Assembly: GCA_973895155.1 (NCBI GenBank)
Contig: OZ316899.1
Coordinates: 16,738,246-16,802,245, forward strand
Direction: 5' to 3'
DNA: 64,000 nt
Origin: Marsupella aquatica
Taxonomy: Eukaryota > Plantae > Marchantiophyta
The notes under the pieces are model-generated. The model did no database searches, had not been told where the DNA came from, and was given only the letters and a program-made list of their open reading frames with translations. Every line of letters begins with the position of its first letter. Positions within the stretch are counted from its first letter, which is position 1. A program made the translations under genes and the position numbers. Below are positions 42,670 through 54,940 of this stretch, piece after piece.

Positions 42670-44990
42670 TGTGATGCCTTGACCAGGATCACTCTATGAA
42701 TAATATGTGTAAATGCCCAGCTTTGCATATATTATTAGCATAGTTGTCTGGTTTTTAAAAATAAATAGTGTAAATACTAGTGTAGAATTAGGCTTAGGGT
42801 TAAGAGCTTACTAATCTTGGATTAATTACCAGCTACTTAGGGGTATATGGTATAACTCAATGGGAGTATTTCAACAACCATATGTATTGTACTTCCATCT
42901 ACGATAGGGTGCAAGGAGGGAAGATCGGAGAGTCACTGTTTATTTTGCTTTTCGTACCCTAGAAAATTACTTATCGGGCGGAACTCTCAGGACTGTCAAT
43001 CGCAAGGTTTAGGGTTTAGGCACTGTAATCTCTTTTTCTAAAGTATCGATGACTAAAGTAAATTAGGCAAGGCATTTTTGGCAAACGCTCCTCAACTACG
43101 CACAACAGCTAGTGGAGACTTACAAGTAGACAGATCCCGCGAGAGCTGAGCACGAGCGTGGGGACATTGCGCGTTGGTGGGAAGCTACGTCCAATGCATT
43201 CATCAATGGGGATTACATTGATGCAACATTCAAGTGGGAACCGAGTGTTGAGGATTTGAATGTGCTTTGCTTTGAGGACAAAAATCTACAATCAATCTAA
43301 CAAGTCATCTATTGGTGCTCAATAGAGCATTATAATTTACCGGGGACTACGAAGGAGTGGATGCCCAAGACAATCTTAAAAGGAGTGGATTCTCAGCAAC
43401 CTGAAAAGCGTATTGCTGACAAAGCAAAGATGGTGCGTAAGGCAGTTGTAAAGGAGGCTAGAAGTAAGAAGTGGGTAGTGGACGAGCCACCTGCAAAGAA
43501 AGGACGGAATGCCAACCTAGGAGATCAGGGCCGAGGGAGGAAATTGTTAGCAACAAAGGCTAGTCGGGATCGAATCAGGAGGCAGTTCACAAATATAAAG
43601 CTCTTGCAATCATGTCACCACCCAAGTATTGGAATTGAGAGGGGTGAATGGAAATTGTACCTACAGAGGCCAGATTGAAGCTGGTAAGACTCACTGAGAA
43701 TGGTGAGGCTATAGCGCCTTGCAGTCAAACAAGTTCTCAGGCTTCATGAAGAACTCAGGGTTGGAGGGTTTCAATTGATTGCCATGGCTTGGTAAGGACA
43801 TTCCCAATTAGGAGTTAATGGAGTTTGTGGGCAACTGGGATGCTGATTGGAGCCTTACCTACATTTTTTATGACGGGGAATTCCAGTCAACAGTGAAGGT
43901 CATAGCCAATGCCTTCCATTTAGAGTTGGTTGGGAGCAGCAAGATTGATACCCAATTCTTCCAACGAGACGACATCTTTACAGAGTTCAATGGGAAGCCA
44001 AAGGATAATGGGTGTCTCAACTCAGTGCACCAAATCAAAAAGGGTACAAATTGTGGAATTCTTGATGGTTACATTATGGCTATCAGGGAGTCGGACTGAA
44101 TTGGGAAAATGTCAATGGTTGTTAGCTCAGACGTTGTGTGAATCAAGGGACTACTCGGGGTTCTTATTTAAGAAGTTGAAGGAGCAACTCAACATTGCTC
44201 ATAAGAATATTTTCTCGAAAGTCAAGACACTTTTGACTTTCCACCTTGGTATACTTTGCCGATACGCTCGAGATAAGATGTTTGCAGCACAAGGAATGCA
44301 GACTGGTGTCATAGAGGAAAAGCCTCTACCTAGAAGGAAGAATGAAGGGTGCCCAACCCAAGAGAATCACTTAGAGTAAAACCCCTTAAACACGCAAAAA
44401 CAAACCAATAAATTTTGAAAAAAATAATTTAAAAATAAATTCAATTAATAATACCCTTGTACCCTTTATTATATGAATTTGGAAATTTCTTAAATACCTT
44501 GTTGAATATAAAAACTAATATTTTACCAAAATTGGATTTTTAAATACCTTGAGTACAAGTTTTTTATTATAATTATTACCTCAAACAAGATTAAAAATAA
44601 CTTTCATTTGTTTGCACCCCGTTCTAATAACCCAACGAGTGATTCCTCGGGGGTGCCCAAGGAATGGAATATAGCACCCATCCCAATTGGAGGAACATTG
44701 GACGTTACCAATTGGTAGCGAGTTTCTCAGCGTCTTTGGAAGACAAGGAGAGCTTTGAGGATAGCCCACTACCACCCCCAGCAAAAAGAAGACAGGTCAT
44801 GAATTGTTCTATTGTGGCCAATTAGGTAGTTCAGGATGAGGATTCAGATTTATCAGGAACCAAGTTGACGGGATATAAATCCCCAATATTGGCAAATACT
44901 CAAGATGGAGGATTGGTACAATCAACCACATCAAGGAGTGGTGAGTGGTGGACCTTGCCACCCATCACCCTCACCAATCCCAACACCCCC
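42670..44990 (+). mobile_element. Old, truncated B-family gene-carrying LTR-like unit ('B3') with decayed PMD-like ORF (about 43050-44350)
   Basis: Starts TGTGATGCCTTGACCAGGATCACT (B1: TGTGATGCCTAGACAGGAATCACT). Translations EFVGNWD..TVKVIANAFHL and RTELGKCQ...SRDYSGFL...LTFHLGILCRYAR align to B1. Right end not defined. Confidence 0.7.
44357..44651. mobile_element. 295-bp AT-rich MITE, Mutator-like by TSD length
   Basis: Imperfect TIRs CCCAAGAGAATCACT / AGTGATTCCTCGGG; 9-bp TSD GGTGCCCAA (44348-44356 and 44652-44660). Confidence 0.7.
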
Positions 44991-45499
44991 GCCTAAGTGT
45001 TGTAATATAGCAGTTATTCAGGATTACTGTGAAAACTTAAAAATTTTCAACTTTTTGAGATAAGTAGTGATTCAACTCAAGTTATCTATATTAATTAGGA
45101 GCATTAGAGTAGCTAAGCCATCCTCAAGTACATCCCTGTAGTCTACTAAAACTAGTTACTTCTAAAGCCATGTCAAATTGGGAGTCACAATAGCAGCTTA
45201 TGCGCTAATGCGCTCAGACGCTTATACGCAGCCCACCCTACCGGTAACTGAAAGTAGCCGTTGACAACGAGGAGGAAGGGAGAGGCAACTTACTAGACCA
45301 CCTGCTCGCGATGAACACTTCCACTTCCCTGTTTTGATACCAAACACCTCGACGACCATACGCTCATGCACTTATACACCTATGCGCTGTGGCGCTTATA
45401 TGCTTATGCGCGATCACACCAATACGCCCAGACGTCTTGCAACTTAGATTTCTGTGGCGATAGTGAATCAAACTTCAAGAACCGTAGCTACAACTTGCC

Positions 45500-47579
45500 A
45501 TGATGGGTGTGGATGAGATGAGTTGCGACTTCCCCGTTCCTAGAGCTATACCTGTGAAGTACCTTGCACTCAAGAGGGATTCGATGTTATTGACTGATGC
45601 TCTAGAAGTTATGCACCTGGTAAAACTTCTATCTATTCCGTGGGCTTCTGTATGCCCAACCTATTTGTGCGAGTTTGCCGATGGATCACAGATATCAGAA
45701 GAATTTCAGGATACTGTAAGGGCAGATCCCGAGAAGTGGGACTTAGAGTTCATTGTCGAGGCTTTTAGTTGTCCCTCACAAGGCTGTGGTTTACAATCTG
45801 GAAAGAGTACTCTATCTGATCCGATGTTTGCTGGAACAAGAAATTCAAAAGCGGAATGGAAGCTTAATCAATGTATTGATTATACCTTCAAGATCATCCT
45901 TGAGTTTCTGGTACCAATTTTTTATCCCACTTGACCATATATGGTACCTGTATCCTTGGCAAACACGTTTGTTACTTCATGGAAAGGACTTGCTGAAGTT
46001 AATTGGGGATTGTTACTGAGATACACCATCCTCAGTCAAATCAATGCTGTACAGAATGGAAGGCCTACACACCTCCCAGTTTACCTCAGTCAGCTCTACT
46101 GGTATGGGGATTGTTTACTCCCACAGGAGAAGGTCGAAAGGATTGCACTATTGGAGGAATTAGATGTGGAACACTCAGAGACTAATTCAAGACCCGATAA
46201 TCTGAGAATGGAGGAAACATCAGAAGCTGGTCACCAGGAATTATGTCACCTGCCCCGGAACTTATGGATGAGGATATTAATCCTAATATTGAGATTACAC
46301 CTTACCATACCAATAGTAGTCTGACCGACCACACTCCCCTTCCTATTATTCCTGCCAGTGAATATAATCATCTAGAGAAATTGATTGATGATGGGTAGAA
46401 TGTTTTTAACCAGGATATAGTAGACAGTTTGTCTAGAATGCTGACTTGTGATCCAAAGAAATCCTCACTATTGTAGATAGATTAAGGACTGCTTCTGTTA
46501 CTCAACCATCACCAGCTCATAATTGTATCACTCCATACAGTCCCACTTCCATTTATTCACCAACATAGAGTCCTATCCAACCTAATTACCCATCCACTGA
46601 AGGACAGCCAGAAGTCCTTGGGACTACAGATCACCTTTCTCTGATAGACATCCAGAATCCCGACACTATTTTGGGATCCCCAATAGATGAGAGATTACCA
46701 CCGCTGGGAACAGATCTTCAACGAATTGTGAACACTTCACCCCGACATTCAGCTGAGTATTACTTTAATCTTGTAGGTGAGATATGTAAGATGTTGGAGT
46801 GTGATCCTGATCATTTGATCGAGGTATTAGATGAGGTTATGTATGAATTATCACGTATTTTAAGCCATGACCAGCACTTGGAATACTGTGAAGATCTCGT
46901 CCACAGATTCACTCAGATGTTCGGCTGCAACACCAAGCAAGTTTATTCTACAGTTTGCTATCATACCTCAGCATCAGGCTCCCCCGTTTATTATTCTAGT
47001 CCTCCTTCTAGCCATTCACCTACCTCTCCTTATAGTCCTTATCAACCAAACCAACTTTTCCCTAGTTTTCCAGAACCTGAGATCACTCCTGCAGGTGAAC
47101 ATCTTGCCATTTCTTTCCCTTACACTCTTCCACCCAGTCAAGACAAATCATGCCAAGTCAATTTTATCCCTACCCTGCATATTGATCCAAAAACCCCTCA
47201 AGAAAGTATTAAACAGTTTGCTGAGTTTGTTAGAGTCTCAGACCTTAGATCTTCTCATATTTTAGAGTTCTGGAAATATTACCATAAGAAGAGAGTTGAA
47301 TGCCTTTATATCTTGAAACTTCATTTGTTAGAGGTCACTCGCTTGGAGATAGCAGAAATGGATGAGATCTGGACAGAAGTTGAGTATTTTTGCCCTGTTC
47401 TCGCTGTCATGATCCTCATTGGACACATTGTATTGGAGAATGAAGATCTGGCTCTAGCTTATTTCGGGAATCTACCTGCTTATGTCTTGGAGTTCATCAT
47501 TGTCTTCTTAAGACAAACCAAAAGGAGATTCCAGATGAATCACGAAGCTTCTCCAGTCCAATCTGTTGTCCTCCAATGA
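45500..47579 (+). pseudogene. Decayed distant member ('E') of the same PMD-like transposon ORF family
   Basis: 45500-45934 and 45941-46324 are one frame broken by a TGA. LLSIPW..LCEF...IVEAFSCPSQG...CIDYTFKIILEFL...VNWG...PTHLPVYLSQLY parallels the B/C/D core. Downstream ORF 46671-47579 is unassigned and element ends were not found. Confidence 0.55.
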
Positions 47580-49244
47580 TTCGTTACTCCAGTCACTGAG
47601 AAGCAAAGGATCTGGAATAATATTACTTCTCAGCCATTAACAAAGTATACTTTGAAGTGGCGTGAACTCCTACCTAGAGTTACTTCCTTCTACCACTTGC
47701 TAGAGACTCTGAGATATTCATGGCCAAGTTTCCTCAAAACTACCATGCTACTTGCTGCACTTACGACTTCATTGGTATTTACATGCAAGCTAGCAAGGTA
47801 AATACCATGCTACATCGGAGGCTACTTCCTGTTCTGGATCTTGAACGACAGCGAAAGTCTTTACCGTTCTATCGGCATCACGCTCAAGACATGGATGTAA
47901 TTTGAGAAGCTATGCAGACAAACACCTACACAAGAGTTCAGCAACCACATCAGACAACACTACTCCAACAAGATTAACTCTCCTGCGACCATAGTTAAGT
48001 TATATAGATCCACGCAATTTTAGTTAAATAGTTAAAGTAGTTAGAAAAAGTCTCGTACTTTTCCAGGAGATAGCCCCTAAAAATCTCAACTCAAACCGAC
48101 ATGTGATTTGAAAGTTAAAAATATTTTAGTTTTGCTGTTTTTCGCTTAGACGCAAAAGCGCTAATGCGCCTATGAGCTTATGCGGGTAATTGTAACGTGC
48201 GAGCAAACAGTAGAATTTTTGCTCGCACAGACAAGTTTTCCCCTTGTATTGGGGACCAAAAAAAGGTCTGGAATCTTCCTCGCTAGCATGAAGACCCCGT
48301 TTGATCATTAAATAATGACACAAAAATGACATAAGAAATGCGTAACGATGAGCATTTTCTAGTCCCTTGAATGCACTAGATCCATTTCTGATCATTTGAA
48401 ATGACATTTTCTTCAGGCCAGCAAAATCGCTAGTCTAATGATGCCAACACATTGAGCTACTCACACGAGGTACGGGCTCCACGTACAGGCTCCCACATGT
48501 GAAAATTCCCACCCGAGGCAAAGAAACAGAGAAAAAGTATTGTGCAATTCCCGCGTGACAAGAATCAACGTGTCATTATGGTCAAGGCAAGGAGGATTAA
48601 GGCCGTTCGGACACTAATCAAGTCACTTGCGAGTGAACGGGACAATTACCGTTCGAACCGGAGACGAACCCAAGGCAAACCGTCCACTTAAACAAATCCA
48701 GTCACCCAAAAACCACCAGTCTTCCAAATCATTCTCCCAATCACTTCCACCGCCTCTGTCTCGAGCTCGTTCATTTGGAACTGCTATCAGTGTTCCAAGT
48801 CCTCAACGCTCACCAGATCCAGTTCAGGTACGCGTGGGTCTATGGCTCTGAGTTCTTTTCAGGGAAGAACTCTATATATATTATCCGTGCACTCCGCATG
48901 CAATGTGCACGGCCGCCCGGCCGGTCTTTGCACCCAATACAAGGCTAGTGCACGGCCGGCCCCATGCAATGCACGGCCGGATTTTGCACTAAACAGACCA
49001 CAACTGCACAACGAAGCCGGATCTCAACCAACTACTAAACCCACTGTGAACCACGCGACCAGCCCTCTGCAACCATGCCCATTTATGGCACAAACCCATA
49101 TACCCAAACCCTCAGCCGTGCGCATGCACCGTATAATACAGCTGATCACACTCTAGTATATAAGCCCTATATTACATAGTCACCATTTCTCTAGCTTGAC
49201 CTCATACCAAGACCCGGGGGGCACAGGGGAAAAAAAATTGCACC

Positions 49245-49468
49245 CCACGTTTTCTGTTTTTGGGGTACTTGTCAAAAAAATGTGCTATCTGAGCACGTAA
49301 AATCCAGAGTTTTCAATTTTGGGGGGAACTTGTCAAAAAAACGTGCTATCTCAAGCACGCACACCCATGTTTACTGTTTTGGGGGTACTTTTCCAAAAAT
49401 GTGCTATCTGAGCACGTAAAACCCACAGTTTTCAATTTTGGGGGAAACTTGTCAAAAAGAGTGTGCTA
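49245..49468. repeat. About four degenerate ~60-bp tandem repeats
   Basis: Recurring TTTTGGGG..ACTTGTCAAAAAA..GTGCTATCT motif, with a ~119-bp dimer structure. Confidence 0.75.
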
Positions 49469-50670
49469 TATACATTTTCGTGCAGCCCAGCGATCGCAAG
49501 GCGCGGTCTTTGCGGTCTTTTTCGTGGTCTTTTTCCCACAAGTGCCCGAAAAAGACCGTCCCTCCATGAAAATACAAAGGAAACAACATTACAAAGCAAG
49601 TCGATCCCCGCGCCATTCTTCAAACGTCATTGCTTCGGGAGCCCGGATAGCACTGCGGCCTTCTTCCCATACTCCCCTTGCATCAACTCTGCCCACCCTC
49701 CCTCCCCGTCATTTAGGGTTTATTTTAGGGTTCCCTTACCCTTGTGTTGTTCCTCGTGGCTCCCGCCCACGGCCCCCTATACATCAAGGGATCAACTACA
49801 ATCCTGTCATCCTCCAAATGCCAACTCACGTTTACGGTTCGGGGTTTACTGTCTATGGTTCGGGGTTTACCGTCTCCGGTTCAGGGTTTACCGTAGTTTC
49901 GTGTTCTTCTTGCCCCGAAAGCCCGAAAAAGACAGTCGTGCCATGAAAATACAAAGTAAATCAATCCCCGCGCCATTCTTCAAACGTGACTGCTTTGGGA
50001 GCCCGGATAGCACTAAGGCCTTCTTCCCATACTCCCCTCGCATCAACTCTGCCCACCCTCCATCCCCGTCATTTAGGGTTTATTTTAGGGCTCCCTTACC
50101 CTTGTGTTGTTCCTCGTGGCTCCCTCCCGCGGCCCCCTATACACCAAGGGCTCAACTACAATCCTGTCATCCTCCAAATGCCAACTCACGTTTACGGTTT
50201 GGGGTTTACCATTTCCGGTTCAGGGTTTACCCTTTACGGTTTAGGGTTTACCGTAGTTCCGTGTTCTTCTTGCCCCGAACGCCCGAAAATGACTGTCGTG
50301 CCATGAAAATACAAAGTAAATCAATCCCTGCACCATTCTTCAAATGTCACTACTTCGGGAGCCCGGATAGCACTAAGGCCTTCTTCCCATACTCCCCTCG
50401 CATCAACTCTGCCCACCCACCCTCCTCGTCATTTTGGGTTTAGTTTAGGGTTCCGGGGTTTACCGTTTCCGGTTCAGGGTTTACCGTTTACGGTTTAGGG
50501 TTTACCCTAGTTTCGTGTTCTTCTTGCCCTGAACGCCCAAAAAAGACAGTCGTGCCATGAAAATACAAAGTAAATCAATCCCTGCACCATTCTTCAAACG
50601 TCACGGCTTTGGGAGCCCGGATAGCACTGCGGCCGTCTTCCCGTACTCCCCTCACACCAACTCTGCCTAC
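49467..50670. repeat. Subtelomeric ~360-bp tandem repeat (3+ units) containing degenerate TTTAGGG tracts
   Basis: CCATGAAAATACAAAG at 49564, 49941, 50301 and 50555. Each unit has a 7-bp-periodic tract such as GGTTCAGGGTTTACCGTTTACGGTTTAGGGTTTACC. Confidence 0.9.
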
Positions 50671-50949
50671 CCTGCCATCTATCGCGTAGAGCCTCTCCAT
50701 ACGCTGCGGCCACTATGGACTGCCTCACTTTTGCCTCTCCTGGAACTTCACTCACGGGATTCACCTCTTTCTGGCCAATTCCGTAACACTCAATCATTTC
50801 CCCGCCATCTAATTTTGCGACACCCGATTCCTGGCTTTACAGCAACCAGGACGTGTGACCCTAGACCCTCAACCCACGTTCACTCCATGGGCACAGCACT
50901 CGCCTTAGAGAACACAAACGCCCTCCACAAAACTATACTACCGTAGCAC

Positions 50950-51380
50950 CTCCCCGCTGCACAACTATCGCGTAGAGCCTCTCCCTGTGTGGCTGGCCAG
51001 CACACACCCGCCCAAAGTTTAGGGTTTATTAGGGTTGCCCGAACCTGGAATTACCTCAAACTCCATTCATGGCAGAAAACCAGGGCACCCCTCAGCCTTC
51101 CCTCCCGGCTGTTAGGGTTTTGTGTTTACGTGTTTAGGGGTTTTCCTTAAACCCTTGCCTTCTTCCACTCCCCGCTGCACGACTATCGCGTAGAGCCTCT
51201 CCCTGTGCGGCTGGCCAGCACACACCCGCCCGGAGTTAAAGGTTTATTTGGGTTGCCCAAACCTGGAATTACCTCAAACTCCATTCATGGCAGAAAACCA
51301 GGGCACCCCTCAGCCTTCCCGGCGGTTAGGGTTCTGTGGTTACGGGTTAAGGGGTTTTCCCTAATTAAACCTTTCCCTTC
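50950..51380. repeat. Tandem duplication of about 218 bp
   Basis: ACTATCGCGTAGAGCCTCTCCCTGTG.GGCTGGCCAGCACACACCCGCC occurs at about 50964 and 51182. Confidence 0.8.
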
Positions 51381-51432
51381 TTCGTTGTGGCTCCCTGCCA
51401 CGGCCATGCAAAACATAAAGGGATGTACTCTG

Positions 51433-51458
51433 TTTAGGGTTTAGGGTTTAGGGTTTAG
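51433..51458 (+). repeat. Short interstitial telomeric tract (about 3.5 x TTTAGGG)
   Basis: GTTTAGGGTTTAGGGTTTAGGGTTTAG. Confidence 0.85.
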
Positions 51459-51559
51459 AGTGTCATCCCCAATTTTTTAAGTACTGGTATGATTATTGAA
51501 TATTGGGGGTGAGTTTGACCCCCAGTTTGTTGTGTGCGCATTTTGGAGGGGCTAGGGGT

Positions 51560-52910
51560 GGGGGTACCCCCCAATTTTTGGGGTGCGTGTACTAGGGGGC
51601 GAGTGGCACCCTACTGTAGCATTTGGTGGTGTAACGAGCTGGGGGTTGAGGGTGAGGGGGCGTGTGCAACCCTAATTTAGCATTTGGGGGTGGAACGAGC
51701 TGGGGGTGAGGGTGGGGGAGGGGTTCCATGGGGGTTGAGGGTGAGGGTGAGTTTTGGGGGTGCGTGCACATGGGGGCGTGTGCAACCCTAATTTAGCATT
51801 TGGGGGTGGAACGAGCTGGGGGTGAGGGTGGGGGAGGGGTTCCATGGGGGTTGAGGGTGAGGGTGAGTTTTGGGGGTGCGTGCACATGGGGGCGTGTGCA
51901 ACCCTAATGTAGCATTTGGGGGTGTAACGAGCTGGGGGTGAGGGTGGGCGAGGGGTTCCATGGGGGTTGAGGGTGAGGGTGGCCCCGAGTTTTGGGGGTG
52001 CGTGCACATGGGGGCGTGTGCAACCCTAATTGAGCATTTGGGGGTGCAACGAGCTGGGGGTGAGGGAGGGGGAGGGGTTCCATGGGGGTTGAGGGTGAGG
52101 GTGGCCCAGATTTTTGGGGGTGTGTGCACATGGCGGAGTGTGAAACCCTAATTGAGCATTTGGGGGTGCAACGAGCTGGGGTGAGGGAGGGGGAGGGGTT
52201 CCATGGGGATTGAGGGTGAGGGTGGCCCCCAGTTTTGGGGGTGCGTGCACATGGGGGAGTGTGCAACCCTAATTGAGCATTTGGGGGTGTAACGAGCTGG
52301 GGGTGAGGGTGGGGGAGGGGTTCCATGGGGGTTGAGGGTGAGGGTGGCCCCTAGTTTTGGGGGTGCGTGCACATGGGGGCGTGTGCAACCCTAATTGAGC
52401 ATTTGGGGGTGCAACGAGCTGGGGGTGAGGGAGGGGGAGGGGTTCCATGGGGGTTGAGGGTGAGGGTGGCCCCAAGTTTTGGGGGTACGTGCACATGGGG
52501 GCATGTGCAACCCTAATTGAGCATTTGGGGGTGCAACAAGCTGGGGGTGAGGGAGGGGGAGGGGTTCCATGGGGGTTGAGGGTGAGGGTGGCCCCGAGTT
52601 TTGGGGGTGCGTGCACATGGGGGCGTGTGCAACCCTAATTGAGCATTTGGGGGTGCAACGAGCTGGGGTGAGGGAGGGGGAGGGGTTCCATGGGGGTTGA
52701 GGGTGAGGGTGGCCCCTAGTTTTGGGGGTGCGTGCACATGGGGGCGTGTGCAACCCTAATTGAGCATTGGGGGTGTAACGAGCTGGGGGTGAGGGAGGGA
52801 GAGGGGTTCCATGGGGGTTGAGGGTGAGGGTGGCCCCCAGTTTTGGGGGTGCGTGCACTGGGGGTGAGGGTGCTGAAAATTGGGGGTGAGGGTGATCAAA
52901 ATTGGGGGTG
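51560..52910. repeat. G-rich 116-122-bp subtelomeric satellite, about 10-11 copies
   Basis: AACCCTAAT unit starts at 51668, 51784, 51900, 52022, 52144, 52265, 52387, 52509, 52631 and 52752. Confidence 0.95.
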
Positions 52911-52953
52911 AATCACCCCCAATGTATGCATACTAGGAGTGAGTCCACGCTCA

Positions 52954-53294
52954 TATATACATTTTCGTGCAGCCCAACGATTGTAATGCGCGGTCTTTGC
53001 GGTCTTTTTCATGGTCTTTTTCCCACAAGTGCCCGAAAAAGACCGTCCCTCCATGAAAATACAAAGGAAGCTACATTACAAAGCAAGTCGATCCCCGCGC
53101 CATTCTTCAAACGTCACTCCTTCGGGAGCCCGGATAGCACTGCGGCCTTCTTCCCATACTCCCCTTGCATCAACTCTGCCCACCCTCCCTCCCCGTCATT
53201 TAGGGTTTATTTTAGGGTTCCCTTACCCTTGAGTTGTTCCTCGTGGCTCCCGCCCACGGCCCCCTATACACCAAGGGATCAACTACAATCCTGT
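52954..53294 (+). repeat. Dispersed ~341-bp copy of 49467-49807
   Basis: TATATACATTTTCGTGCAGCCC...CAACTACAATCCTGT at both sites, with few substitutions. Confidence 0.9.
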
Positions 53295-53878
53295 ATATAT
53301 CTTCTCTGCACAGCGCGTGCAATGAGGCCGGTCTTCAGGCCATTTCAGGGTATTTAGGGAGCGCGGTGCATGGTCTCCTACATGCAGTGCACGGTCTCGA
53401 CGTTTCAACATTTGGACTCCCACAACATTATTATTAAAACCTTTAAACTCCGCTAGTATTGATTAGGGTGACTTACGGGTGGTTGCCGTAGGCTCCCATA
53501 ACATTATTTTTTAAGTGTTCATACACCACTAGCATTCATTGTGACTCACTTGTAGTCCCGCACTCCCATAACATTTCCAATAAAAGTCTTTTGCAGCTAT
53601 AACATTCATGTTGAAACCATTGGACTCCGTTAGCATCAAAAGTGTCACCATTCAATTAGGTTCGTGAGAAATACAAAGGAAACAAAGCTTGGTCAATGCT
53701 TCTAGAATTCCTGTACCAGCCTTCAAATGTGCTCGTCACCTTCAAATTCCCTTCTGCATTATTGTTGGGTCGGTATTTTGGTCGGGAAGCATTGGCCTTC
53801 GAGAATTCCTGTTGCTGGCCTTCAATCTGGTCCTTGACTGTGCTCGCCACCTCCAAATTCCCTTCAATCTGCATCTTG

Positions 53879-54160
53879 AATCTTGCGTTGCTTGGATGGC
53901 GTACTGACGTCGTCAATAATTGCAGCAAGTGATGGATTAGAGTCGTTGTTGGATGCAGTCTTTGAGCGAAGGCGTTTCCGAATGGTTACGGTTTTTATGC
54001 TTACTGGTGGCAGTGCATCGTGAATCTTGTGTCGCTTGGATGGCGTACTAACGTTGTCAATAATTGCAGCAAGTGATGGATTCGAGTCGTTGTTGGATGC
54101 AGTCTTCGAGCGAAGGCGTTTCCGAATGGTTGCGTTTTTTATGCTTACTGGTGGCAGTGG
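53879..54160. repeat. Tandem duplication of about 144 bp
   Basis: GCTTGGATGGCGTACT.ACGT.GTCAATAATTGCAGCAAGTGATGGATT...GCTTACTGGTGGCAGTG occurs twice. Confidence 0.85.
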
Positions 54161-54940
54161 CGTGGCGTGGTTTCAGGCCGAGTGTGCAGTGATGGAGCTT
54201 CTCTTCTGTACAACATCCATGGTTGCGGTATTCATGCCTTGCTACTCACCTCCATCTGTGTTGCAACTCCATTCAGACACTCCTAGGACCCAAATTGCCT
54301 TCACTGTCCAACCCACCATACAAGACTCTTATGTAAAGGCTGTGTCTCACATGCGATGCATGGTATGTCTCCAAGTTTCAGCATATGGACTCCCACAACA
54401 TTTCTGGTTAAAGTGGAGGCTCCCATAACATTTCCGGTTAAACCGTAGACTCCCATAGCTTTCATGTTGAAACCTTTAAACTCCGTTAGCATCAAATGTG
54501 TCACCATTCAATTTTGGACGTGGGAAATGAGATACAAATTAAAGAAGACCAGGCTTCCTGATTAGAACTAATTCACTCTATACAGTTGTGATATATTATT
54601 TACTCTCTAGACTCAATGCTAATCCACACCCGGGTCTATGCCCGATCCGCCTCAAACTCTTGGGCCCGTAATGCCAGGTGTTGTAATTCAACTTCCTCCC
54701 GTTGTTGCTGCTCCTCAGCCTACGCCTGCCAAAAAGCTGCCTTCTGCCTTGCCTTATACTCCACCCCTTGGCACACTTGTAGGACCTCGCGATCCGGCCG
54801 TTCCTTTTGATGTGTGGGATGTCGAGTTCCTGCTTCACGAATGTTGAATTGTGTTACCAGGTTGTCAAAATAATGGGGCCGTGATGCAGAACACGCGGTC
54901 GGTAAGTGCCTGTAGGAGAAGCAAAAACAACACTGACCGC

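Noticed and set aside
44998-48465. Calling the region around ORF family E a solo LTR
   Set aside because: Candidate TG and CA ends exist, but I found no matching TSD, so the boundaries are unsupported.
49401-50946. 326-aa and neighbouring ORFs with repeated peptides
   Set aside because: By-products of the 360-bp tandem repeat.
51672-52858. Pro/His-rich minus-strand ORFs
   Set aside because: Translations of the 122-bp satellite.
49245-52910. CRISPR-like array
   Set aside because: Whole units repeat with no unique spacers, there are no cas genes and the context is eukaryotic.
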